A stretch of DNA of 64,000 nucleotides from the human T2T-CHM13v2.0 reference genome, Homo sapiens. The stretch lies in assembly GCF_009914755.1 (NCBI RefSeq), contig NC_060931.1. The stretch is one strand, 5' to 3'. This document shows, piece by piece, positions 28,001 through 40,827 of the stretch (position 1 is its first letter; each line of letters begins with the position of its first letter). The notes under the pieces were generated by a model, which made no database searches, was not told the DNA's origin, and saw only the letters and a program-made list of their open reading frames with translations. The translations under genes were made by a program, and so were the position numbers.

Positions 28001-31000
28001 AAGCAGTCTCTCAGAAAGGTTATTTCCAGTTTTTATCTGAAGATATATCCTTTTTCACCATATTCCTCAACGTACTACAAAATATCTCTTTGCAGATTCT
28101 AAGAAAATTGTGTTTCCAAACTACTGAATCAAAAGAAAGTTTTAAAACTGTGAGATGAATGCACACATCACCAAGCCTTTTCTCAGATAGATTCCTTCTA
28201 GTTTTTATCCTGGGATATTCATTTTTTCTCCATTGGCCTCAATGGGCTCCCAAATGTAAATTTGCACAATGGACAAAAACAGTGTTACCAAAGTGCTGAA
28301 TACCAAGAAAGGTTTAACTCTGTCAGATGAAAGCACACATCACAAAGCAGTCTCTCAGAAAGATTCTTTCCAGTTTTTGTCTGAAGATATTTCCTTTTTC
28401 ACAATAGGCCTCATTGCACTACCAAATATCTGCTCACAGTATCTAAGGACACTCTGTTCCCAAAATACTGAATGTAAAGAAAGTTTTAACTCTGTGAGAT
28501 AAATGCACACATCACAAAGCAGTTTCTCATTAAGCTTCTTTCTAGTTTCTATCTGAACATATTTTCTTTTTCACCATAGGACACAAAGTGGTACCAAATA
28601 TCTCCTTGCAGATTCTAAGAAAACTGTGTTTCCAAACTGCTGAATCAAAAGAAAGTTTTAATACTGTGAGATGAATGCACACATCACCAATCGTTTTCTC
28701 AGATATGTTCCTTCCAGTTTTTGTCCTGGGAAATTCCCTTTTTCAACATTGGCCTCAATGAGCTCCCAAATGTCCATTCGCACAATGGACAAAAATAGTG
28801 TTACCAAAGTGCTGAATACCAAGAAAAGTTTATCTGTGTCAGACGAAAGCACACATCACAAAAGAGTCTCTCAGAAAGTTTCTTTCCATTTTTTGTCTGA
28901 ATATATTTCCTTTTTCACAATAGGCCTCATTGCGCTACCAAATATCTGCTTGCAGATTCTAAGAAAACTGTGTTTCCAAACTGCTGATTCAAAAGAAAAG
29001 TTTAACTCTGTGAGATGAATGCACATATCACAGAGCAGTTTCTCAGAAAGGTTTCTTCTAGTTTTTAGCTGAAGGTATTTCCTTTTCCACCATAGTTCTC
29101 AATGTGGCACAAAATATCTGCTTGCAGATTTTAAGAAAACTGTGTTTCCAAACTGCTGAATCAAAAGAAAGCTTTAACTCTGTGAGATGAATGCACACAT
29201 CACAAGTCAGTTTTCTCAGAAAGTTCTTTCTAGTTTTTATCTGAAGATATTTCCTTTTTCACTATAGCCCTCAATGTGGCACAAAATATCTCTTTGCAGA
29301 TTCTAAGAAAACTGTGTTTCCAAACTGCTGAAGCAAAAGAAACATTTAACTCTGTGTGATGAATGTACACTTTGGAAAGCAGTCTCTCAGAAAAGTTCTT
29401 TCTATTTTTTATCTGAAGATATTTCGTTTTTCACCAAAGACCTCAACATGGTACCAAATATCTCTTTGCAGGTTCTAACAAAACTGTGTTTCCAAACTAT
29501 TGACTCAAAAGAAAGGTTTAACACTGTGAGGTGAATGCACACATCCCAAAGCCTTTTTCAGATCTCCTCCTTTCAGTTGTTATCCTGGGATATTCACTTT
29601 TTCACCATTGGCATCAATGAGCTCCCAAATGTCCATTTGCACAAAGGACAAAAACAGTGTTACCAAATTGCTGAATACCAAGAAAAGTTTACCTCTGTCA
29701 GGTGAATGGACACATCACAAAACAGTCTCTCAGAAAGATTCTTTCCAGTTTTTGTCTGAAAATATTTACTTTTTCAAAATAGACCTCATTGTGCTACCAA
29801 ATATCTGTTCGCAGATTCTAAGAAAACTGTGTTTCCAAACTGCTGAATCTAAAGAAAGGTGTAAAGCTGTGAGGTGAATGCACACATTGCAATGCAGTTT
29901 CTCAGAAAGGTTTTTTCTAGTTTTTAACTAAAGATATTTCCTTTTTCACCATAGTCTTCAATGTGGCAAGAATATCCCTTTGCATATTCTAAGAAAACTG
30001 TCTCCAAACTGCTGAATCAAAAGAAAGATTTAACTCTGTGAGTTGAATGCACACATCAGAAAGCAGTTTCTCAGAAAGGTTCTTTCTAGTTTTTATCTGA
30101 AGATATTTCATTTTTTTCCATAGGCCTCAATGTGGCACCAAATATCTCTTTGCAGATTCTAAGGAAATTGTGTTTCCAAACTTCTGAATCAAAAGAATGG
30201 TTTACCTCTGTGAGATGAATGCACACATCACAAAGCAGTTTCTCAGAAAGGTTCTTTCTATTTTTTATCTCAAGATATTTCCTTTTTCACCATAGTTCTC
30301 AATGTGGCACCAAATATCTGCTCACAGATTTTAAGAAAACTGTGTTTCCAAACTGCTGAAGCAAAAGAAAGCTTTAACTGTGTGAGATGATTTAACTCAT
30401 CACAAAGCAGTTTCTCATTAAGCTTCTTTCGAGTTTTTATCTGACAATGTTTCCATTTTTGCCATAGACCTCAATGCACTGCCAGATATTCCTTCACAGG
30501 TTCTCCAGAAACAGTTTCAAAACTGCTGAAGGAAAAGGAAAGTTTAATACTGTGAGATGAATGCACACATCTCAAGGCATTTTCTCAGACATCTTCCTTC
30601 TGATTTTCCTTATGGGATATTCACTTTTCCGCCCTTGGCCTCAGTGAGCTCCCAAATGTCCACTTGCAGAATCAACAAAAATGGTGTTAACAAACTGTTG
30701 AATGAAAAGAAAGGTTTAATTCTGTGAGAAGAATGTACACATCACAAAACAATTTCTCAGAAAGGTTCTTTCTTGTTTTTATCTGAAGATATTTCCTTTT
30801 TCACCATAGGCCTCAATGTGGCACAAAATATCCTTAAGCAGAGTGTAAGAAAACTGTGTTTCCAAACTACTGAATCAAGGGAAAGTTTTAACTCTGTGAG
30901 ATGAATGCACACATCACAAAGCAGTTTCTCAGAATGTTCTTTCTAGTTTTTATCTGAAGAGATTTCATTTTTCAATATAGGCTTCAATGTGGCACCAAAT

Positions 31001-34000
31001 ATCTCTTTGCAGATTCTAAGAAAACTCTGTTTCCAAACTGTTGAATCAAAAGAAATGTTTAACTCTGTGAGATGAATGTACACATTGCAAAGCAGTCTCT
31101 CAGAAAAGTTCTTTCTAGTTTTTCTCTGAAGATATGTCCTTTTTCACCAAAGGCCTCAATGTGGTACAAAATATCTCTTCACAGGTTCTAACAAAACTGT
31201 GTCTCCAAACTATTGAATCAAAAGAAAGGTTTATCACTGCGAGATGAATGCACACATCACCAAACGTTTTCTCAGATCTCTTCCTTCAAGTTGTTATCCT
31301 GGGATATTCACTTTTTCGCCATTCGCATAAATGAGCTCCCAAATGTCCATTCACACAATGGACAAAAACAGTGTTACCAAAGTGCTGAATACCAAGAAAG
31401 GTTTAACTCTGTCAGCTGAATGCACACATCACAAAACAGCCTCTCAGAAAGATTCTTTCCAGTTTTTGCCTGAAGATATTTCCTTTTTCACAGTAGGTCT
31501 CATTGCGCTACAAAATATGTGTTGGCAGATTCTAAGAAAACTGTGTTTCCAAACTGCTGAATCAAAAGAATGGTATAACCCTGTGAGGTGAATGTATACA
31601 TTGCACAGCAGTTTCTCAGAAAGGTTCTTTCTAGTCTTTATCTGAAGATATTTCCTTTTTCACCTTAGTCCTCAATGTGGCAAGAATATCCCTTTGCAGG
31701 TTCGAAGAAAACTGTTTCCAAACTGCTGAATCAAAAGAAAGATTTAACTCTGTGAGATGAATGCACACATCAGAAAGCAGTTTCTCAGAAAGGTTCATTC
31801 TAGTTTTGATCTGAAGATATTTCCTTTTTCACCATAGGCCTCAAGGTGGCACAAATGTCTCTTTTCAGATTCTAAGAAAACTGTGCTTCCAAACTGCTGA
31901 ATCAAAAGAAAGATTTAACACTGTGAGGTGAATGCACACATCAAGTGTTTTCTCAGATAGCATCCTTCCCGTTTTTATCCTGGGATATTCACTTTTTCGC
32001 CATTGGCCTCAATGAGCTCCCTAATGTTCATTAGCACAATGGACAAAAACAGTGTTACCAAAGTGCTGAATAAAAAGAAAGGTTTAACTGTGTCAGATGA
32101 ATGCACACATCATTAAGTAGTCTGTCAGAAAGATTCTTTCCAGTTTTTGTCTGAATATATTTCCTTTTTCACAATAGGCCTCATTGCGTTACCAAATATC
32201 TACTTGCAGATTCTAAGAAAACTGTGTCTCCAAACTGCTGATTCAATAGAAATGTTTAACTCTGTGAGATGAATGCACACATCACAAATCAGTTTCTCAG
32301 AAAGGTTCTTTCTAGTTTTTATCTGTATATATTTCGTTTTTCACCATAGGTCTCAATGTGGCACCAAATATCTGCTCGCAGATATTAAGAAAACTGTGTT
32401 TCCAAATGGCTGAAGTAAAAGAAAGTTTTAACTCTCTGAGATGATTTATCTCATCTCAAAGCAGTTTCTCATTAAGCTTCTTTTGAGTTTTTATCTGAAG
32501 ATGTTTCCTTTTCCGCCATAGGCCTCAATGCACTGCCAAATATTCCTTCACAAATTCTCCAGAAAGTTTCCAAACTGCTGAATGAAAAGAAAAGTTTAAT
32601 ACTGTGAGATGAATGCACACATTGCAAGGCATTTTCTCAGACATCTTCCTTCTACTTTTCATTATGGGATATTCAACTTTCTGCCCTTGGCCTCAAGGAT
32701 CTCCCAAATGTCCATTTACAGAATTGACAAAAACTGTGTTAACAAACTGCTGATATCTGAAGATATTTCCTTTTTCACCATAGGCCTCAAAATGGCACCA
32801 AATATCTCTTTGCAGAGTCTAAGAAAACTGTGTTTTCAAGCTGCTGAATCAAAAGAAAGGTTTATCTCTGTGAGATGAGTGAAAACATTGGAAAGCAGTT
32901 TCTGAGAAAGGACCTTTCTAGTTTTTATCTGAAGATATTTCCTTTTTTGCCTTAGGCTTCAATGTGGCACAAAATATCTCTTTGTTGATTCTAAGAAAAC
33001 TGTGTTTCCACACTTCTGAGTGAAAAGACAGGTTTAACTCTGTGAGATGAATGCACACATCAGAAAGCAGTTTCTCAGAAAGGTTCTTTCTAGTTTTTAT
33101 CTGAAGATATTTCATTTTTCGCCATAGGCCTCAAAATGGCACCAAATATCTCTTTGCAGATTCTAAGAAAACTGTTTTCAAACTGCTGAATGAAAAGAAA
33201 GGTTTTTCTCTGTGAGATGAATGCAAACATCAGAAAGCAGTTTATCAGAAAGGACTTGTCTAGTTTTTATCTGAAGATATTTCCTTTTCCGTTTTAGGCC
33301 TCAATGTGGCACAAAATATCCTTTGTTGATTCTGAAAAAACTGTGTTTCCAAACTACTGAATTAAAAGAAAGGTTTAACATTGCGAGATGAATGCACACA
33401 TCAACAAGCGTTTTCTCAGATCTCTTCCTTCCAGTTTATATCATGGGATATTCCCCTTTTCACCAGTGGCCTCAATGAGCTCCCAAATGTCCATTCACAC
33501 AATGGACAACAACAGTGTTACCAAAGTGCTGAATACCAAGAAAGGTTGAACTCTGTTTAGTGAATGCACACCTCACAAGGCAGTGTCTCAGAAAGTTTCT
33601 TTCCAGTTTTTGTCTGAAGATATTTCCTTTTTCACAGTAGGCCTCATTGCACTACAAAACATCTGTACTGTTCATAGAATATCCGGAAACTGTGTTCCCA
33701 AACTACTGAATGTAAAGGAAGGTTTAACTCTGTGTGATGAATGCACACATCACAAAGCAGTTTCTCATTAAGATTCTTTCTATTTTTTAACTGAGGCTAT
33801 TTTAATTTTCACTGTAGGACTCAATGAGGCACCAAATATCTCTTTGTTGATTCTAAGAAAACTGTTTCCAAACTGCTGAATCAAAAGAAAGGTTTCAATC
33901 TGTGAGGTGATTCAACAAACTACAAAGCAGTTTCTGGTTAAGATTTTTTTGAGTTTTTACCTGAAGATGTTTCCTTTTTCGCCATAGGCCTCAATGAGCT

Positions 34001-35370
34001 TCCAAATATTCCTTCACAGATTCTCCAGAAACATTGTTTCCAAATTGCTGATTGAAAAGAAAGGTTTAACACTGCAAGGTGAATGCACACATCAGAAGGT
34101 TTTTTCTCAGACATGCTCCTTCTCGTTTTCATTATGGGATATTCGCTTTTTTGCCATTGGCCTCAATGAGCTCTGAAATGTCCATTCACAGAATGGACAT
34201 AAACTGTGTTAACAAACTGCTGAATCCAAATGGACATTGTCTATTCACAAAATGGACAAAAGCAGTGTTACCAAAGTGTTGAATACCAAGAAAAGTTTAA
34301 CTTTGTCAGATGAGTGCACACATCACAAAGCAAACTCTCAGAATGATTCTTTCCAGCTTTTGTCTGAAGATATTTCCTTTTTCACAATAGGTCTTATATC
34401 TGCTCTCAGAATCTAAAAAAAACTGTGTTCCCAAATTACTGAATGTAAAGAAAGGTTTAACTCTGTAAGATGAATGCACACAATACAAAGCAGCTTCTAA
34501 TTAATCTTCTTTGTAGATTTTATCTGAAGATATTTTCTTTTTCACCATAAGACTCAATGTGGCACCAAATATCTCCTTGCAGATTCTAAGAAAACTGTGT
34601 TCCCAAACTGCTGAATCAAAAGAAAGGCTTAACTCTTTGGGATGTTTCCCACGCATCACAAAACAGTTTCTCATTAAGCTTCTTTCCAGTTTTTACCTGA
34701 AGATGTTTCTTTTTTCACCACAGGCCTCAAAGCTCTGCCAAATATTCCCTCACAGATTCTCCAGAAACAGTATTTCCAAACTGCTGAATAAAAACAAAGG
34801 TTTAACACTGCAAGGTGAATGCACACATCACAAGGCTTTTTCTCAGACATCATCCTTCTAGTTTTCATTATGAGATATTCACGTTTTTGCCTTTGGCCTC
34901 ACTGAGCTCTCAAATGTCCATTTGCAGAATGGACAAAAACGGTGTTAACAAACTGCTGACTCCAAGGAAAGGTCTAACTCTGTGAGATGAAAGCACACAT
35001 CAGAAAGCAGTTTTCAGAAATCTTCTTACTAGTTTTTATCTGAAGATGTTTCCCTTTTCACCATAAGCCTCAATGTGCTAACAAATATCTCTTCACAGAT
35101 TCTAAGAAAACTGTGTTTCCAAACTGCTGAATCAAAAGAAAGATTTAACACTGTGGGATGAATTCACACATCACAAGGCACTTTCTCTGACATCTTCCTT
35201 CTAGTTTTCATCATGGGATATTCACTTTTTCCTCATTGGCCACAGTGAGCTCCCAAATGTCCATTTGCAGAATGGACAAAACCAGTTTTAACAAACTGCT
35301 GAATCCAAAGAAAGGTTTAACTCTGTGAGATGAATGGACACATCTGAAATTAGTTTTTCAGAAAGTTTCT
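22011..35370 (-). repeat. Alpha satellite block 2 (distinct family with hairpin-bearing monomers)
   Basis: Diagnostic motifs largely absent elsewhere: ctgctgaatc, ttctaagaaaactgtg, caatgtggcacc, gggatattcactttt, aatgtccattc...aatggacaaaaacagtgtta. Boundaries approximate. Confidence 0.92.
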
Positions 35371-37007
35371 TTCTAGTTTGTATCTTAATATATTTCTGAT
35401 ACCACCATTGGCCTCAAGGCTTTCCCAAATATACCTTCACAGATCCTACATTAGCAGTGCTTGCAAAGTGCTCTGTCAAAAGAATGATTTAACTCTATGA
35501 GATGAATGTACAAGTCACAAACCAGTTTCTCAGAAAGTTCCTTTCTATTTTGCACCTGAGGATATTTCCCTTTTTCACTTCGTAGATTCTACAAAAACAG
35601 TGTTTCTAAACTGCTCAAAAAAAGAAACGATTAACTCTGTGATATGAATGCACAATACAAAAAGCAGTTTCTGAGAAAGTTACTTTCTAGCTTATATCTG
35701 AAGATATTTCCTTTATCACCATGTGTCTCAAGGCTTTCCCAAATATACCTTCACAGATTCTACAAAAACAGTGCTTGCAACTGATCTACCAAAAGAAAGG
35801 TTTAGCTCTATGAGATGAAAGTACACATCACAAAGCAGTTTCTCAGGAAGTCCTTTCTAGTTAGTATCTGAAGATATTTCCTTTATCACCATAGGCCTCA
35901 AGGCCTTCCCAAATATACCTTCACAGATTCTACAAAAGCAGTGTTTGCAAACTGCTCTATCAAAAGAAAGGTTTTAACTCAATGACATGAATGTACACAT
36001 CACAAAGCAGTTTCTCAGAAAGTCCCTTTCTAGTTTTTATCTGAAGATATTTCCCTTTTCACCATAGGCCTCAATGGGCTCCCAAATATCAGTTCATAGA
36101 TTCTACAAAAACAGAGTTTCCAAATTGCACCAATAAAAGAAAAGTTTAACTCTGTGAGGTGAAGACACAATTCACAAAGCAGTTTCTGAGAAAGTTACTT
36201 TGTAGTTTTTATCTGAAGATATTTCCTTTTTCACCATTGGCCTCAAAGTGCTCCAGAATATCTCTTCAGGGATTCTACAAAAACAGTGGTTCCAAACTGC
36301 CTAATCAAAAGAAAGGTTTAACTCTGTGAGATGAATGCACAATTCACAAAGAAGTATCTGAGAAAGATGCTTTCTAGTTTTTATCTGAAGATATTTCCTT
36401 TATCACCACAGGCCTCAAGGCTTTCCCAAATATACCTTCGCAGACTCTACAAAAGTAGGGCTTGCAAACAGGTCTATCAAAAGAAAAGTTTAACTCTGTG
36501 AGATGAGTGTACACATCACAAAGCTGTTTCTTAGAAACCTTCTTTCTAGTTTGTATATGAAGATATTTCCCTTTTCTCCATAGGCATCAGTGGGCTCCGG
36601 TTTAACTGTGTCAGATGACTGCACAATTCACAAAGCAGTTTCTGAGAAAGTTACTTTCTAGTTTTTATGTGAAGATATTTCCTTTATCAGCATAGACATG
36701 AAGCTTTCCCAATATACCTTCACAGATTCTACAAAAGCAGTGCTTGCAAACTGCTCTATCAAAGGAAAGGCTTAACTCTATGAGATGAATGTACACATCA
36801 CAAAGCAGTTACTCAGAAACGCCCTTTCTAGTTTGTACCTGAAGATTTTTCCCTTTTCACCGTAGGCCTCAATGGGCACCCAAATATCACTTCATAGACT
36901 CTACAAAAACAGTGTTTCCAAATAACTCAAACAAAGGAAAGGTTTAACTGTGTGAGATGAATGCACAATTCACAAAGCAATTTCTGAGAAAGTTAATTTC
37001 TAGTTTT
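35371..37007 (-). repeat. Alpha satellite block 3 (trimer-rich part)
   Basis: caaggctttcccaaatatacc, gcacaattcacaaag, ctgagaaagttactttc. Confidence 0.92.
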
Positions 37008-40000
37008 TTTTTATTATACTTTAAGTTTTAGGGTACATGTGCACAACGTGCAGGTTTGTTATATATGTATACATGTGCCATGTTGGTGTGCTGCACCCAT
37101 TAACTCGTCATTAAACATTAGGTATATCTCCTAATGCTATCCCTCCCCCCTAACCCCACCCATCTCATGTGCAGAGACACACATAGGCTCAAAATAAAGG
37201 GATGGAGGAAGATCTACCAAGCAAATGGAAAACAAAAAAAGGCAGGGGTTGCAATCCTAGTCTCTCATAGAACAGACTTTAAACCAACAAAGATCAAAAG
37301 AGACAAAGAAGGCCATTACATAATGGTAAAGCAATCAATTCAACAAGAAGAGCTAACTATCCTAAATATATATGCACCCAATAAAGGAGCACCCAGATTC
37401 AAAAAGCAAGTCCTGAGTGAAACACAAAGAGACTTAGACTACCACACAATAATAATGGGAGACTTTAACAACCCACTGTCAACATTAGACAGATCAACGA
37501 GGCAGAAAGTTAAAAAGGATATCCAAGAATTGAACTCAGCTCTGCACCAAGCGGACCTAATAGACATCTACAGAACTCTCCACCCCAAATCAACAGAATA
37601 TACATTCTTTTCAGCACCACACCACACCTATTCCAAAACTGACCACATAGTTAGAAGTAAAGCACTCCTCAGCAAAAGTAAAAGAAGAGAAATTAAAACA
37701 AACTATCTCTCAGACCACAGTGCAATCAAATTAGAACTCAGGATTAAGAAACTCACTCAAAATTGCTCAACTACATGAAAACTGAACCACCTGCTCCTGA
37801 ATGACTACTGGGTACATAAAAAAACGAAGGCAAAAATAAAGATGTTCTTTGAAACCAACAAGAACAAAGACACAACATACAAGAATCTCTGGGACACATT
37901 CAAAGCAGTGTGTAGAGGGAAATTTATAGCACTAAATACCCACAAGAGAAAGCAGGAAAGATCTAAAATTGACACTCTAACATCACAATTAAAAGAACTA
38001 GAGACGCAAGAGCAAACACATTCAAAACCTAACGGAAGGCAAGGAATGACCAAGATCAGAGCAGATCTGAAGGAAATAGAGACACAAAAAAAACCTTCAA
38101 AAACTCAATGAATCTAGGAGCTGTTTTTTTTAAAGATCCACAAAATTGATAGACCGCTAGCAAGACTAATAAAGAAAAGAGAGAAGAATCAAATAGATGC
38201 AATAAAAAGTGATGAAGGGGATATCACCATCGATCCTGCAGAAATACAAACTACCATTAGAGAATTCTATAAACACCTCTACACAAATAAAATAGAAAAT
38301 CTAGAAGAAATGGATAAATTCCTCAACATATAAACCCTCCCAAGACTAAACCAGGGAGAAGTTGAATCTCTGAATAGATCAATAACAGGCTCTGAAATTG
38401 AGGCAAAAATTAATAGCATACCAACCAGAAAAAGTCCAGGACCACATGGATTCACAGCTGAATTCTACCAGAGGTACAAGGAGGAGCTGGTACCATTCCT
38501 TCTGAAAATATTCCAATCAATAAAAAAGAGGGAATCCTCCCTAACTCAATTTATGAGGCCAGCATCATCCTGGTACCAAAGCCTCATAGAGACACAACAA
38601 AAAAAAGAGAATTTTAGACCAATATCCCTGATGACCATTGGTGCAAAAATCTTCAATAAAATACTGGCAAACCGAATCCAGCAGCACATCAAAAAGCTTA
38701 TCCACCATGTTCAAGTGGGCTTCATCCCTGGGATGCAAGGCTCATTCAACATATGCAAATCAATAAACCTAATCCAGCATATTAACAGAACCAATGATAA
38801 AAACCACATGATTATCTCAAAAGATGCAGAAAAGGCTTTTGACAAAATTCAACAGCCCTTCATGCTAAAAACTCTCAATAAATTAGCTATTGATGGGACG
38901 GAACTCAAAATAATAAGAGCTATTCATGACAAACCCACAGCCAATATCATACTGAATGGGCAAAAACTGGAAGCATTCCCTTTGAAAACTGGCACAAGAC
39001 AGGGATGCCCTCTCTCACCACTCCTATTCAACATAGTGCTGGAACTTCTGGCCAGGGCAATCAGGCAGGAGAAGGAAATAAAGGGTATTCAACTGGAAAA
39101 GAGGAAGTCAAATTGTCCCTGTTTGCAGATGACATGATTGCATATCTAGAAAACCCCATTGTCTCAGCCCAAAATCTCCTTAAGCTGATAGCCAAATTAA
39201 GCAAAGTCTCAGGATAAAAAAATCAATGTACAAAAGTCACAAGCATTCTTATACACCAATAACAGACAAACAGAGAGCCAAATCATGAGTGACTTTTCAT
39301 TCACAACTGCTTCAAAGAGAATGAAATATCTAGGAATCCAACTTACAAGGGATGTGAAGGAACTCTTCAAGGAGAACAACAAACCACTGCTCAATGAAAT
39401 AAAAGAGGTTAAAAACAAATGGAAGAACATTCCATGCTCGTGGGTAGGAAGAATCAATATCATGAAAATGACCATACTGCCCAAGGTAATTTATAAATTC
39501 AGTGCCATCCCCATCAAGCTACCAATGACTTTCTTCACAGAATTGGAAAAAACTACCTTAAAGTTCATATGGAACCAAAAAAGAGACCACATCGCCAAGT
39601 CAATCTTAAGCCAAAAGAACAAAGTGGGAGGCATCAAGCTAACTGACTTCAAGCTATACTACAAGGTTACAGTAACCAAAGTAGCATGGTACTGGTACCA
39701 AAACAGAGATAGAGACCAATGGAACAGAACAGAGCCAAACTGACAAAAACAAGAAATGGGGAAGCAATTCCCTATTTAATAAATGGTGCTGGGAAAACTG
39801 GCTAGCCATACATAGAAAGCTGAAACTGGATCCCTTCCTTACGCCTTATACAAAAATTAATTCAAGATGGATTAAAGACTTATATGTTAGACCTGAAACC
39901 GTAAAAACCCTTGAAGAAAACCTTCGCAATACCATTGAGGACATAGGCATGGGCAAGGACTTCATGTCTGAAACACCAAAAGCAATGGCAACAAGAGCCA

Positions 40001-40827
40001 AAATTGTCAAATGGGATCTAATTAAACTAAAGAGCTTCTGCACAGCAAAAGAAACTACCATCAGAGTGAACAGGCAACCTACAGAATGGGAGAAAGTTTT
40101 TGCAATCTACTTGTCTGAAAAACGGCTAATATCTAGAATCTACAATGAACCCAAACAAATTTACAAGAAAAAGACAAGCTACCCCATCGAGAAGTGGGAG
40201 AAGGATATGAACAGACACTTCTCAAAAGAAGACATTTATGCAGCCAAAAGACACATGAAAAAATGCTCATAATCATTGGCCATCAGAGAAATGCAAATCA
40301 AAACCACAATGAGATACAAACCCACAGCAGTTAGAATGGTGATCATTAAAAAACCAGGAATCAACAGGTGCTGGAGAGGATGTGGAGAAATAGGAACACT
40401 TTTATACTGTTGGTGGGACTGTAAACTAGTCCAACCATTGTGGAAGTCAGTGTGGTGATTCCTCATGGATCTAGAACTAGAAATACCATTTCACCCAGCA
40501 ATCCCATTACTGAGTATATACCCAAGTGATTATAAATCATGCTGCTATAAAGATACAAGCACACGTATGTTTATTGTGGCACTATTCACAATAGCAAGAC
40601 TTGGAACCAACCCAAATGTCCAACAATGATAGACTGGATTAAAAAAATGTGGCACATATAAACCATGGAATACTCTGCAGCCATAAAAAATGATGAGTTC
40701 ATGTCCTTTGTAGGGACATAGATTAAGCTGGAAACCATCATTCTCAGCAAACTATCACAAAGACAAAAAACCCAACACCGCATGTTCTCACTCATAGGTA
40801 GGAATTGAACAATGAGAACACATGGAC
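37008..40827 (-). mobile_element. L1PA element #4 (older, L1PA4/5-like) with a very large 5' inversion: 37008-37161 antisense 3' end, 37158-40827 sense ORF2 and start of 3'UTR
   Basis: TSD tttctagtttt at 36997-37007 and 40828-40838. Junction ccccACCCatctcatgtgc with 4-bp microhomology. 3'UTR variants ATTAGGAGAT, GAGTTAATGG and GAGAACACATGG differ from elements #1-3. Confidence 0.95.
37158..40808 (+). pseudogene. ORF2: Nearly full-length disrupted L1 ORF2 (lacks roughly the first 40 codons)
   Basis: EN (NIYAPN, GDFN, SDH), RT ([16 protein letters not shown] near 39122) and Cys-rich ([19 protein letters not shown]) motifs across several broken ORFs; ~43-bp deletion near 39736. Confidence 0.95.
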
